From Diplonema japonicum (lineage: Eukaryota; Protista; Euglenozoa: Diplonemea), in the NCBI GenBank assembly GCA_964019335.1, contig OZ025657.1:310001-374000 (forward strand): a DNA stretch of 64,000 bases, read 5' to 3'. A program made the translations under genes and the position numbers. Positions 37,687 to 50,293 of this stretch are shown in pieces (position 1 is the first letter of the stretch; each line of letters starts with the position of its first letter). Under the pieces are notes generated by a model. It saw only the letters and a list, made by a program, of their open reading frames with translations, was not told where the DNA came from and searched no databases.

Positions 37687-39211
37687 TTACACTCTTCTTG
37701 TGCCTCTACCCCTGCCACCACCATAAGCTGGCGACCCGGCATATGGAGAAGCCCCCCCACCACCACCGTAGTTGCTTCCGCCGTACGGCATGGGTGCGGC
37801 CTGTTTTTTTTTTTTTTTTCATTAAAAAAATTTTTAAAAAAAAGAAAAAAAAACATACCCTTCCAACAGGCCTCGGAGGAGGAGCAGGTGCGCCCTGACC
37901 ACCATGCCAGACGCCTGTAGTGTTTCGCTTTGGGCCAGGTTTCGGACCAGGCTTCCTCGGGGGGGCGGGGCCCGCAGCCAAGGGGTGGCCCTTTCTTTTG
38001 ATCTGACTGATGGGAAGGTCGGGCGTGAAACTGTTGTCCTCCGCCCACTGCACCTCGCAGGAGGTGTCCGTGATTGTTTTGATAGTGCAGTCGAAGTACT
38101 TCCCTTCAAAGAGGGCCTCCACCTGTTCCCCTACCTTGAAGGTGGCTGGTGCTGGTGCTGCCGCTGGTGTAGGTGCAGCTGCGGGTTTTTGCTTTTTCGG
38201 TGTGCCGCCCTCCCCGTTGGTGGGTCGCTTCTCAACGGCTGGTGCCATTGCGGTGATTTTAACATGAACTTCAGGCCAGTTTTCAAGAACCCAGCCTTTT
38301 TCTTCGTCTTTCAGGGTGTAGGTGTTGCCCTGTTCCTGGAATGAGGTGATGATGCCTGCTCTCCACCCAGCCTCGTTTGTTAGATATTGGCATTTTGACC
38401 CTGAGACGCCCTTGGGCTTCTCAGAGGGTATCGCTCGTGTGGACTTGAGCTGTTGGATGGTGTTGAGGTTCGCCTTCTCTGTCTGCCGTGCTTTCTCCAT
38501 TTCCTCCTCCTTGACCTTTAGTGTGTTTTGCAGGGTTTCGATATGTGCGTCACGCTGCTGCAGTTCTGCAGTCATTTTGGACGTTGTTTTCTCAATGGTT
38601 CCGAGGTTCACCTTTCGTTCGGCTTCAAGGGTTTCCTTGAGGGTGCGGACTTCTTCAGCAAGGGCTTCGGTGGAGGCCTTGGTTTCCTCTCTTACTTTGT
38701 CTTCAAAGGACTGCTTCAATGCAGCCATGTCTCGTTGCGCTGCCGCTGCGTTCGCCAGGGCTTCTGCGTTCTCGCCGATCTTTATCCCCAGGATACTCGC
38801 GTTTTCAGCTGCTTCTGATATAGTTTTCGCGGACTCTCGTTCCATTTTCTCGAACTTTTCACTGTAGCCTCGTTGAAGCTCTGCGATTTGGTTTTTGAAT
38901 TCTTGGAGCTGCGTCACTTGTTCCTTTATTTTTACCACGTGTGCTGAGGCGCTTTCAGCCAGGTTTTGCCTTCTTAACCGGTCCTCGTCATCTTCCAGCA
39001 CTTTCATTGCTTCCTGCAAAGCTCTGTACTCGCATCTCACGCCTTCGACCTCGCCTTCTTTTTCCTGCAGCGCCTTTTGCAACGGTATCGCTATCTCTGC
39101 GCTGGCCGCCTTGTACTCATTCAGTTCTTTCCTTGTTGCGTCTGCCTCCGCTCTGCTTGCCTCTAGCTCTTTCTCTAGTTTCTCAATGTGTTGCTGCCAT
39201 GCTTCTTCCAT
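37687..39211 (-). CDS. Coiled-coil protein with Tudor/Agenet-like domain(s) and a Gly/Arg-rich tail
   Basis: FKVGEQVEALFEGKYFDCTIKTI...CEVQW is Tudor-like. Intron 37801-37858 yields AAPMPYGGSNYGGGGGASPYAGSPAYGGGRGRGTRRV*. Confidence 0.75.
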
Positions 39212-40180
39212 TTTCTTTATATAAAAAAAGAGGGTCTGGTTTGAAAAAAAAAAAAAAACTTTTGAAGTAATGGATTCATTAAAAAAAAAAAATTACTATG
39301 ATGGGGAGGAGGGGGGGGGGGGGGGGGGGAATCGGTGTTAGCAGCGCCAACCCCAACCAACAAAACAACAACAATAAGAAACCACTTTTCATCCTTCCCC
39401 GGGCATTGGGTTGCAACACTATTTAGCGTTTAGCGTGCGGCGTAGGGGGAAAAAAAAAGAAAAACCTAAATCCCACACGAGGGAGAAAGAAAATCGAACT
39501 ATGTAAGGGGGGGGGGTAAAAGTGCTCCCCCCCCCCCCCCCCCCCCCGGGTAAACGCAACTCTTTCTCACTTTGACTCACTTAACAAGGCGTAGCAATCA
39601 CCCTTCCCTCCATATCTCTAGCGTCCAAGTCGTACTCTTGCCGAATAAGTAATTAGGGCGTATTTTGGCTTTTGGGTTTTTTTTTCCCCTCCATTTCTGG
39701 ACACTTTAAAGATACTTGAAGGGGGTACGTCAATAGATTTAAAAAAAAAACAAAGGGGAGGTCTCCAACGACAACAAGTTGGTCGCCATTCCCTCCTTTT
39801 TCTGTTTTCCCCCCCCTCCATTTTTATGAAACAATGAGGGGGGGGGGGGGGGTAACTTCTTGCTTCTTTTTTTTTAAAGTGTTGTGGACACAAAGGATTC
39901 GATGAAGAAAGAGAAAAAAAAAAAAAAAAAAAAAACGATTGCAAGAGAAGAGGGCGGCAAAGGCGATTGAAAAAAGTATGTGCATGTGTATGTGGTGCGT
40001 GTGTTCTTCCTCAAAATATGAAGTACATTGCAGTGAAAAAATGCCCCACCTCACAGTTTCTCCAGTGTCCCCCCTTCAGAACGGAGCGCACGGTTACCCA
40101 ATAAAGGACAGTACAAGACTTATGAAACAGGAATCTTTTTTTCCCCCCCTTTCTTTCTCTTTTTTTTCTCCCCCCCCCCG

Positions 40181-40248
40181 CCACACCACACCACACCACA
40201 CCACACCACACCACACCACACCACACCACACCACACCACACCACACCA
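40181..40248. repeat. (CACAC/CCACA)n pentamer microsatellite
   Basis: Pentamer array of about 13 units. Confidence 0.9.
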
Positions 40249-40868
40249 AACAATTGGTCCTTAACCGAATAAGGGTTCAAGATTGTGTAAAACGAACCAG
40301 TAGGAAGACAGAGGAGGAGGAAAAAAAAAAACACAAGACCGATCCACAGGAACCATTTGGTAACTTACTGACGACAATAAAGAAATATTGTAAGTGAACA
40401 GCAGAAGGGGGGGGGGGGGGGCACAGGTATTTCCCTTATTTGTAATATCTTTTTGGAAACAGTAATACTCGTGGGAATTAAAAAAAAAACTTTTTCGAGA
40501 GAAAGGTTAAAGAGTTTTTTTTTTTGAGCGAAAAAAGAAAAAAAAAAAAAAAAAAACAAGTTTTCCCATTATGTTTTTTTTTTTTTTTTTCTTTTTTTCT
40601 TTCCATTTTTTTCCAAAAATAATTACAAATTACGGTTTAAAAAAAAAAAGGAAGAAAAGAAAACCAGAAGGAAACAGGAAAAGGGGACAAATTTCTGAAA
40701 AAGGAATTTCTTCCTTTTGTAATTACTGCTCGGAGGGGGGGGGGGGGGGAATCTTTTTTCTTCTTTTTTTTTTGGTTTAGTAGCGGCAAGCCACAGAACT
40801 CCGCCCAAAGAAATAGACTTTTTTTTTTGGTTTGACCTCCCTACTGCTGGCAGCCAGACAGTGGAGGA

Positions 40869-40900
<32 letters not shown>

Positions 40901-41573
40901 TAAAAAAGTAGTCCAAAGTTTGTGGGGAGGACTAAATCACCTATTCTTGCGGTTGTTTTTTTTTTTTTTTTGGATTCTGTGGTGTTTCGTCTCTGCAAAC
41001 TGACAGCACGAAATTTTAAAAAAAAAGGGGGGGGGAAAGGTCAGTTTTCTTGTTCAACCAATTCAAAGAGGATACCTTGGACCGGATTAACGCTTTTTTT
41101 TTCTTTCTCCATTTTTTTCTTTTTTTTTTCCCTTTCTTTTTTCTTTTTTTTTCTTTCCCCCCCCCCTTCTTCTTTATTCTTTTATCTTGCCAGGGGGGAG
41201 ATTAAATGTAGAAGGGAAAAGAAGGAAGAAAAAAAAAAAGAAAGAAAAAAAAAACTTCCGGGTACTTTTCCCAGGTGCCCGATTTTTTTTCTTGTCGATT
41301 TTGAGAAGCTTCTCTGAGTGGCAAATCGGCACTTGGCTAAAGCCTCCATTCACCGCATATTGAATGCAAAACAGTGAAAGTGGGGTCCTTAGTTAATGAG
41401 CAGCACATAGTGGAAGGAAAGAAGATTAAAGAAAAAAAAGGAAGAAGTAGGAAAAAAAGGGGATCAAGAGTACACAGAATGCAGACATTTTAAATCTATT
41501 ATTAGTAAGGACTACGCGATACATTTCCTGTGCCAGTGTCACTGCCTGAGTCCTGCCTGGGAGGGTCCATCAT

Positions 41574-41607
<34 letters not shown>

Positions 41608-41660
41608 AATAAATAGGTAGGAAAGAGAAGAAAAACAATAAAAAACGACGAAACAAAACG

Positions 41661-41693
<33 letters not shown>

Positions 41694-42294
41694 AAAAAAA
41701 ACAAGAATAGAATACCATTATTCGGGAAATTTATTCGCATCTGTTTGGCCAAAAAAAAAGTTTTTTTTTTTTTTGTTTGTACATGACGGGTTAAATCTGG
41801 AGAAAAGTTTTTGTACCCGACACGTTGCCAACGTTCCCCTAGAAGAAAGAAAAAAGAGTCAGCTGATTGTTCGCGCAAGCCGAAAAAAAAAAAACTAGTT
41901 TGGCGCTTCATTTGTTTGCGCACGAGCGGTATTCTACCAAATAAAATAACTCATCACGCTGCCATCAACTAGTGAAATGGGGGGGGGGGGGGGGGGGAGC
42001 TTCAAAACTATTTCCCCCTCTCTTTTCTTTTTTTTTTTTTTTGCCTCAGAATGCCGAAATTAATTTTTCCAGGTGAACATATTTTCCAAAATACGGTGTT
42101 AAAAAAAAAAGAAAAACTAGACATATAAGGTTGCGTTTTCGCTTACCAAGCTAGGAAAAAAAAAAAAAAAAAAGTCTGCAATCCGGTGGCGCGAGTCTTT
42201 CTTTATTTATATTTTTTTTTTTCTCTTTTAATTTCCCCCTCTTTTGCTCACCTTTTTTTTTTTTTTGTACCTTGCAGACTATAAGGGAAGGGGG

Positions 42295-42339
<45 letters not shown>

Positions 42340-42495
42340 GGGGGAAAGGCGATAAGAAGAAGACAAGACTGGCTGCAGCAGGGGAGGGGGGGTGACCCCC
42401 CCCCTCACCTCCGCTGCTTAGTCCTCTTGACTTCTCTAGATTTCCCATTTTTTTTTTTTTTTTTTCGCCAAGATTTCCCTTTTTTTTTTTTTTTT

Positions 42496-43152
42496 TCACG
42501 CCTCAGATTCAATTTGGGGAATGTTTTCATTGGAAGAACTATTGCTGCCTCCACAATCGTGCAGCTGTACATGCGTGGTGAAAAAAGAGGTAAACTTCTC
42601 GTACTCTTCACCAGAGGAGGTTCTAAGGAGCAAGGTACGATTTTCAGAGTCCTCTCTAAAATCGAGGCTAAGATAATGATATGAAGAGTCAGATGCTTGC
42701 GGATGGTGCTTGCTGGTGACATGTACCCTGAGCCTAGTTGCAGGGGTGAAGCTTACTCGGCCACATGGCTTTGGGTCTGTGGACTTTTTGTAATACTCGA
42801 TGGACCACTGATCGGCAATGAAATACCGCGTCCTCCAGTTTTTGAACGTACCTATTCTTCCCACGGAAAATTTGTCAAGAACGCCCTCCACTGTCTCTCT
42901 CTTCTGCTCCATTATTCTTACGTTCTTTTTCACCTTCATGCAGCCCTCGTGTATAAGGCTGTCGCCTGCCACCAAACATGTTTCTGCTTCCGTGCACCTG
43001 TCACCGCAGCGTTCGCACGTTCTGCTGTGCTCCTCCCTATACAGTCTCATGCAGTCAGCATGCACCTCTCCCAAGGGTACACCAGGCAGCTTTACTTTTA
43101 TTAACTCGCCTCCCTCACACCTACACTGCGTGCACGTGGGCTCCTCGTGCAT
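42496..43152 (-). CDS. PH-domain protein with N-terminal LIM-like Cys/His motifs
   Basis: Two CxxC...HxxC units, then EGVLDKFSVG...KNWRTRYFI...IEYYK...PCGRV PH signature. Confidence 0.8.
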   Translation of the reverse strand: MHEEPTCTQCRCEGGELIKVKLPGVPLGEVHADCMRLYREEHSRTCERCGDRCTEAETCLVAGDSLIHEGCMKVKKNVRIMEQKRETVEGVLDKFSVGRIGTFKNWRTRYFIADQWSIEYYKKSTDPKPCGRVSFTPATRLRVHVTSKHHPQASDSSYHYLSLDFREDSENRTLLLRTSSGEEYEKFTSFFTTHVQLHDCGGSNSSSNENIPQIESEA

Positions 43153-43420
43153 TATTATTTTTTTTGTACCCCCTCTTTTTTTTTTTTGTTGTTGATGTTT
43201 TCTTTTCTTTTTTTTTTCTTGCTTTCATGTGAATAAAGAAAAAAAATATTTAAAAAAAAAAGGGTGTGAATGAAAAAAAAAAAAGGAGAGGGACAAAAGG
43301 AAGGGTGGTGAGACACACTATTTTTTTTTTTTTTTAAATCTTTTGAAAAAAAATCGCTTTTACTTTTTTTTTTTAATTTCCTCTCCCCCGAAATGGAAAA
43401 AAAAAAGGGGGCAGGCGGGC

Positions 43421-43434
43421 TCAGTTCTGTGTAT

Positions 43435-43470
<36 letters not shown>

Positions 43471-45683
43471 TTCCCTCCATTCTACACACCTCGATTGTTT
43501 TCCTCCGTTTGTCAGAGTGATCGTGATCCTGGCCGCACCCACACCACCCGAAGTTTTCTGGGACGGGCCACAAGGTCAGGAAAATAAGGTGGATGACTGA
43601 CTCAACCCTTTGCTGGATGGTTTCGTTCGTGGTGGTAACAGTGAAGGGGGCGACGACAGTGACAGGCGTGTTGTCCACTTCGAAGGAAAATGTCTTGCTG
43701 TCCACGTGGAGGTGCACACCGAGGAAGTGCTGTGTGTGTGTTGTGTGAGTTTAAGAAGGAAGCCCAACATACCTGCCCCAACATCTTGTGCATGCACCTC
43801 AACCTGAAGATATCGTCAGCTGCGTCTTGTGGCATCTTCTGCCCGCTCGGCGACAGCAACGCAATGAGAGCCAGACAACACGAGTCAGCCACGATGTCGT
43901 TGTACCTACTTGCAGGCCATGACACCCCTACTGTTGTTACCTCCTTGCCCATTACAATCCCCTGCTCTATGCTGATCTTGACGTACCCGCCCACCACCAG
44001 TACCTGCGAGGACCCCTCATCGATGTCCTCGCTTGTGGCCTCAGCCACCTCCATGCATTCCTTGAAGATAGACACACCCTCAAAATATTTTGCCAAATGG
44101 TCCTTCACATCGAGGTAAGGGTAGTACTTGGGCAGCGGGAGGAACACCGCCTGCGTGATCTCCGCTACAGGCAGCGCTGTGTATGACGGCAAGTCCTGCG
44201 GGGCGACAAGCGTGTGCTGGAAGTCATGCGACATAACCATGACACCGGACACATGGGAGCCGACGGCAGGGTTCTGTGCCACGGAGCCGATGACCTTACA
44301 GGTGCGGAGAGGCTGGAAGGGGATGGAGACGCATTGTGTGTTGGTAGGGGTGTGGCAGGTGAGGTACGGAAGGTCTTGGCACAAACGGTCGCGCAGTCTG
44401 TTCATGTTCATGGAGTCACCGTGGACAAGCACAACCTGCTTGGTGCCGAGCGTTGTGACGAATTCCTTTGTCTGCGCGAAGTCAGAGTGAGCGGAGAACG
44501 ACACGGTGTGGACGGACATCCTTAAGGGGAGTACTTTCCCGTCCTCACGTTGGATCTCGCTGGGGCTGGACTGGATCGTCCTGGCGAGCGTGTTCGCCAC
44601 GCAGTACCCTGCGATCACGACACCGTTCTTCTCGTCGGAGCACCACTTCTCGAACAGCTCCCGAGAGACACCCGACTGCAGCATGCCAGGGGAAGCAAGC
44701 ACCACACACGGCCCATTGTCGTCAAACGACTTCAAATCTTTCAAAAGCGTGATGTGCTTGAACTGGAAAGGGTTCCGCTTGTGCTTCAGAACGTCGTACT
44801 GCTTCTGCACAGTGTCGTTCATGAGCGAAATGTACGACTCGAAGACAGTGTTGCAGCGCTTGGCGAGGGACGAGGCGTAGTAGATAGGGATCTGGTGCAG
44901 CTCTTTTCGCTGCGCCCAATAATCGTCAAGGATGAGGAGCAGCTCCTGCGCCCTACCGAGTGCGAACATGGGGAGGAGGCAACGGCCTTCGCGCGCCACG
45001 ATATCATGCACCCATTTTGTGAACTTCCGCTCGCGCTCTTCACGCTGATCGTGAACTTGAATGCCATACGTCGCTTCTACAATAAGAATGTCGGGCGAGA
45101 CAACAGGCGTTTCCGCACCCATCAGATGCCTGTCAGGCTCCCGCGAAAAATCGCCGGTGTAAAGGATTTTAACACCAGAGATGTCTATCATCCACATCCC
45201 CGCGCCAAGAACGTGGCCTGCGTTGTACGAGTGGTACTTCACGCCATTGTGTGTGCCTTCTTGGTGGTAGTCAAGGGTTTCTATTTTTTCTAAGGAGGAT
45301 TCTAGCCATTGTTCAGTGCAGATGTCGTGCGAGCCTTGTGTGACTCTGATGAAGTCTTGCATCACCATTCGGAAGATCTTTTTGGTAGGGTGTGTCATGA
45401 TTACTTTTCCTTTGAACGTTGTCTCTTCTAAGAAGTACGGGACTGCCCCGCAGTGGTCCAAGTGGAAGTGCGTCACCAGCACCAAGTCGATTTCTGAGGC
45501 GTCCACAGCGTCGAAGAAGGGTAAGCTGTCCAGGCCGTCCATTGCAGGGTGTACACCGCAGTCAAACATCACGCTTTTCCCCTTAAACTTCACCACTACG
45601 GAGCTTCGCCCCACCTCGCTCCCGCTCCCCAATGGTATCACCTCCACCTTGTCCTCACCTTCGCCCACTATCTTGATCGGCAT
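43421..45683 (-). CDS. CPSF3: Cleavage and polyadenylation specificity factor 73-kDa endonuclease
   Basis: PLGSGSEVGRS, THFHLDH, AGHVLGA, YTGDFSRE, FALGRAQELLLILD and SFSAHSD motifs. Intron 43730-43772 restores the C-terminal domain; a probable last intron lies at 43427-43489. Confidence 0.95.
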
Positions 45684-45811
45684 TGTTGTGTTTTTTTTTT
45701 CCCTCTTTTTTTTTTCTTTTTTTTCTTCTTCTCCCCCTTTTTTTTGTTTTATATAAATATTTTTTTTTTTTTGAACCCGCTAAAGATTTTAAAAAAAAGA
45801 GATGTCTTTGA

Positions 45812-46565
45812 AGGGAACCTGCAGTATGTGACAGGATCGCCTAAGGCCCGTCGTGGTAGTGCCTAAGGCCCGTCGTGGTAGTGCCTTAGGCCCGTCGTGG
45901 TAGTGCCTTAGGCCCGTCGTGGTAGTGCCTTAGGCCCGTCGTGGTAGTGCCTTAGGCCCGTCGTGGTAGTGCCTTAGGCCCGTCGTGGTATCTTTTCAGC
46001 AGCTTGGGCGTGAAACCAACTAGCGAGTTGTTGGGGATGCAATGAGTTCGCAGTTGCTCCTCTAGGGGACGCGAAGACTGGGCGAGTGGAGTATCCAATG
46101 ATGGAATGGCTGTGGAGCCCCAGGGTACGCAGTGAGTGTGCTGACTTCTTAGTTCTGCTGGAATCAGGTGACTCCCAGTTCCTGTTCTGTGTGCCCTGTC
46201 CAGGACGTTGAGGATTCTCCCGATTTTCCTAGCCCAGCATGCCAGGTCTTCACCACCCATGTGGATTCTCTCCGTTGCTATGAAGTCGACAGCAAGCTCC
46301 GCCTTGGACACTTGCCCTCCATCCTTGCCCCATTTCGGGGCACTCAGCCATTTGAGGACAAACGGGATCAGCCCCGGGAAGTACTTCTTCCCCAGCCCGT
46401 GCTTGTGATACCAAATGAGGGGTTTCGGTTCTAATAGGTTTCCCGGTTGGAATGGTCTTTTCCAGAAGTGTAGATTATCGTATCTGACCTGTTTCTCGGC
46501 GTGCAGGCTCTCGAGTTTCCCCGCAATTTCCGCAAACATCAGGTGTAGTTGCTTGACACTTGTCA
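45812..46565 (-). mobile_element. Probable 5'-truncated non-LTR retrotransposon 3' fragment with a tandem-repeat tail
   Basis: Coding-like island (...KWLSAPKW...VSKAELAVDFIATE...) whose ORF runs into a 22-bp tandem array and a terminal motif also found alone at ~8848. No RT domain present and no TSD identified. Confidence 0.5.
45841..45990. repeat. 22-bp tandem repeat ct(a/t)aggcccgtcgtggtagtgc, 6 full units plus an 18-bp partial
   Basis: Seen directly; the first two units have ctaagg, the rest cttagg; no spacers. Confidence 0.97.
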
Positions 46566-47641
46566 GAAAAAAAGAAATCAGAAAAAAAATAAGGGGGGGT
46601 GAAGAAACCATAAAGAAAACACCAGCGTCATATCTATGAATGACTCCCAAAGCAGGGGGGGGGGGGGGGGGGGGGGGGTTTCCACCTCCATTTTTCTTCT
46701 CTTTTTCCTTCCGATACTATTTTTTAAAGTTCTTTTTGGACGTAACCCGCTTAATAATAACCGTTTGATCAGCCTGCTATAACTGCCACATTGTCCCCCC
46801 CATTTTTTTATTGCCGGGAATACAGACCCACACCAAAATTATTTGGCTTGAGAAAGTGGGGGGGGGGGGGGCTCTTTTCTTTTTTCTTTTCCTTTTTTTT
46901 GTTTTTTTTGTTGTATAAAAAAATTGAGAATGAAAGAAGAAGAAAAAAAATGAAAAATCAATTTCTTAGTTCTGAGAAATTGTGTGTCATTCCCTTTCTT
47001 TTCTCTTTACTCGGCGGGCACTTAGCACACCGTCGATACAGCTAGGGGCTCGCACCCCTTTCCCCCCCTATCTTCATTTTCCTTAAGAGCGGGCGGACCT
47101 TAGAAACCAGACCACGATTTGACTTAAAATAACTCGCTTCATGTCTTCTAAAAGTGTTTTAAACACCGCCCCGTGTAAGAATGCTTTAAACCGTGACCTA
47201 TTAGCTGAACGAAGGGGAGGGTGGACCTCAGAGTGGGAACTGCATCAGGAAAAAAAATTTTTTTTCTTTCCGTTCACTTACGCCCCCCTTCACATTATCT
47301 TCAAAAAAAAAAAAAAAGATACGAAGCATTATTGATCGGGCAACGAGAAAAAAAAATCACCTTTTTAAAAAGTATTCTTACATGCGGCGAGGGGAGAACT
47401 TCAAAGACACCCGAGAGACATAAAGGGGGGGGGGGGGGGGGGAACAAATTCCTTTTTTTTCTTCCTTTTCTTTTTTTTTTTTAAAAAAAAAGAAAAGAAT
47501 TCACGAAAAAACACGAAAAAACAACAAAAAAAAAGGTGTGTGTGGTGTGTTTTGTATGCTGGCCTTGTTCCTTTCGGGGGGGGGGGGGGGAATTATATTG
47601 CCTGAAAAAAAAAGGGGGGAAAAAAAAAACATCCTTCCCTT

Positions 47642-50146
47642 TTACAACGCTTCATTCCTGACCTCCTTTTCCGGAGGGGCAGTGTAATCCTCGTGATCTT
47701 CGTAGTTGATGAGGGCGTACGACATAGGCATTTTGGTGGGCCACCAGTTCCATTTCCCGGCGACTAGCATCACGGCAGGGAGGAGAATAGTGCGGATGAC
47801 GAAGGTGTCGAGAAGAACTGAAACGCACAAGCACACACCGAACTGGTTAAGAACCACAACATCGCTGAGAATGAGCCCCGAGAAGGCTACCGCCATGATG
47901 ATACCTGCACCGGAGATCACAGAACCTGTTCGGTGGAGACCCTCCACGATGGCGAACTTATCAGAATAAAGCTCCTTTGTACGTATTTCGACAACACGGG
48001 TCAGAAGATACACATCATAGTCAAGCCCCAACCCGATAATGATGGTGATGGCAAGCGATGGAACAAGCCATTGCAAAGCATCCCCATCGTAATTATGCAA
48101 ATACGGGAAAAGCCAGTGAAACGCATCTGTTTGATACACGTAAAATACAAACCCGAATACTACCGCAAGCGTGTACAGCAATGTGAAGGCCAGCCTCAAG
48201 GGGATCATTACGGATTTGAACTGAACGAACACGATTATAACAACCAACGACACCACCACACCGAGCATTTCCGGAAGCGAATCGTTCACTTGATGCGCGA
48301 AGTCTACCAAAGGAACGTTTCCGCTGTACAGCATAACCTCGATTCCATCCGCTTTGTACTTTTCATTGATAGCCGTTAGATGGTTACGAAGGTTTTTAAT
48401 CCATTTGGTAGCTTCGTGTCCTAAGGGGTCGAATGGGGTGGTGATGTCCATCTGGCCAGCACGATGATGAGGTTGAGAGACCCAACTTGCCAGGAAGTCG
48501 CGGTAGTCAGACTGTCCCGTGAATACAACAGACTCTTCGTATGATAAGTACAATGTTTGGTTCAAGAATGGGACAAACATTGCCGCTAGAAAACTGTTGT
48601 TTGAGAATCCCGGGTTTGTCTCGCACACTGTTGCCGCAACTTCGCCGAACAAATCAAAACCAGCTTCTGAATATAACCCGCTCGATGTTGTAACTATCTC
48701 CGTGTCGTTGGAGATCGGGAGATCGTCCGGTGTCGAGGAGTTTGTTATCAATATAGTATACGACTGGACCCTCCCAGGAGGGAAGTCTTCCTGAAACACC
48801 TTCAACGCCTTTACACTGGCCGCGTCTCTTGGAAGCAGTTCAAACTGATCAATCCCGGACATGTCCAATTCGGGGATTCTACAATAGAACGGCGCGCCCA
48901 GAAGCAGCACAACGACGATGGCTGTGTATGGGTACTTTGAAATGGATTTCCCGACCCTGCCCCATATCGACGAATTTGGTTTTCTCGAAGCTTTGAACAG
49001 ATGTGTCGGGAACCTTGGAAACCGTGTTTCGATCGCCTCGTAAGCTGATTTCGATATAATGGGCTTCTTGAACCATTTACCGAAGATACACAAAATGGCC
49101 GGCGTCAGAGTGAGGTTCACCAACATTGTGCAGAGGACGGTAATGCCCGCGCCCAACCCGGTGCTCCTTATCGGCTGGCACGGCACGATCATCAACCCGA
49201 AAATCGCAATAGAAATCAGCACACCGCTGACCAATATCGTCCGCGAGGTGTAATCACGAATTTCTTGCAAACCGGACTTGATGGTGGAAGCCTGGTTAAA
49301 CCGTATAAGGATGAACAAGTTGTAGTCAATAGACAACGCGAGGTCCAAGGAAAGCATCACCGACGGTGTGATGGTGAAAAACGATGTTATCAGAGCAAAT
49401 GGGTACGACAAGGCGAACGCGCTGCCTATGCTGATCAGAATCGACAGAATCGGCGCCAGCAACAGCTTCGCCGACTTCAAAAAATAACAGAATATCATGA
49501 ACGCAAACGGAACGCAGATCAGCTCCATTCTCTCTATGTCCTTCACCGTGCCCTCCTGGCCGTCCATGTTGAGGACCTCCTCTCCTGTGAACCATAGGGA
49601 GACTCCCTTCGGAAAGCCTGCCTCTTCGGGGTTCAACAAATTGTTGCGAATGTACTTGATGTACTTGTTGTTAATATGCGACTGCTTCTTCCCCAAGATG
49701 ATGATCGAGATGATCGTGCTTTTGTGGTTGGAGGATAGAAATTGCGGTCTTAGAAATCTTGAGGTGTTGCTGACGTAGTAGCCCTCAAAGAGGATCTCTG
49801 GAACAGGGGTGATCACGTTGCAGGTGAGGATTTTGTTTTGGAGCAGCTTCGTGTAGTTTTGAAGGGGTTCCGGGTCGGTTGTCAGCGAAGATTCGGATTT
49901 TACCAGCAACAGCAAAACTGTTTTGTTTCTGCTGTGGAAGTAGTAGTGGTCGAGGTCCTGTGCGATCTGGCTCGCGCTACCCGACGGCGGGTTGACGTTC
50001 ACCGTGGTTTCACCGATCAGCTTCGGCGCATACAATACTATCGGAACGCACATCGCCACGTAGAACAGCACAACACCGTACGCCATCCATTTCCACTCAC
50101 GAGGGACTCCCGCGTCTTCCTGATTTTCGTCCGTGGTGTTAATCAT
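47642..50146 (-). CDS. MMPL/RND-superfamily transporter, 834 aa
   Basis: Two-fold membrane repeat with LALSIDYNLFILIRF and GLGLDYDVYLLTRVVE...TGSVISGAGIIMAVAF, characteristic of MMPL proteins. Confidence 0.88.
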   Translation of the reverse strand: MINTTDENQEDAGVPREWKWMAYGVVLFYVAMCVPIVLYAPKLIGETTVNVNPPSGSASQIAQDLDHYYFHSRNKTVLLLLVKSESSLTTDPEPLQNYTKLLQNKILTCNVITPVPEILFEGYYVSNTSRFLRPQFLSSNHKSTIISIIILGKKQSHINNKYIKYIRNNLLNPEEAGFPKGVSLWFTGEEVLNMDGQEGTVKDIERMELICVPFAFMIFCYFLKSAKLLLAPILSILISIGSAFALSYPFALITSFFTITPSVMLSLDLALSIDYNLFILIRFNQASTIKSGLQEIRDYTSRTILVSGVLISIAIFGLMIVPCQPIRSTGLGAGITVLCTMLVNLTLTPAILCIFGKWFKKPIISKSAYEAIETRFPRFPTHLFKASRKPNSSIWGRVGKSISKYPYTAIVVVLLLGAPFYCRIPELDMSGIDQFELLPRDAASVKALKVFQEDFPPGRVQSYTILITNSSTPDDLPISNDTEIVTTSSGLYSEAGFDLFGEVAATVCETNPGFSNNSFLAAMFVPFLNQTLYLSYEESVVFTGQSDYRDFLASWVSQPHHRAGQMDITTPFDPLGHEATKWIKNLRNHLTAINEKYKADGIEVMLYSGNVPLVDFAHQVNDSLPEMLGVVVSLVVIIVFVQFKSVMIPLRLAFTLLYTLAVVFGFVFYVYQTDAFHWLFPYLHNYDGDALQWLVPSLAITIIIGLGLDYDVYLLTRVVEIRTKELYSDKFAIVEGLHRTGSVISGAGIIMAVAFSGLILSDVVVLNQFGVCLCVSVLLDTFVIRTILLPAVMLVAGKWNWWPTKMPMSYALINYEDHEDYTAPPEKEVRNEAL

Positions 50147-50293
50147 TTTCTCTTTTTTTTTCTTCTTTTCTTTTCTTCTTTCCTCCTCCCTCCCCCCGCC
50201 GTCCCTCCTTTTTTTTTAAAGAAAACTTGTAATTTGTTCGTGTAAATTATCAGGGGAAAAAAAAAACTATGATTTTTTAGCTTTTCCCTTTCC

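Noticed and set aside
45841-45990. 22-bp repeats as a CRISPR array
   Set aside because: Units are directly adjacent with no spacers, there are no cas genes, and the context is eukaryotic.
46380-46540. Restriction-like endonuclease end motif in the LINE-like ORF (HAEKQVRYDNL)
   Set aside because: No PD..D core is visible, so the endonuclease type cannot be assigned.
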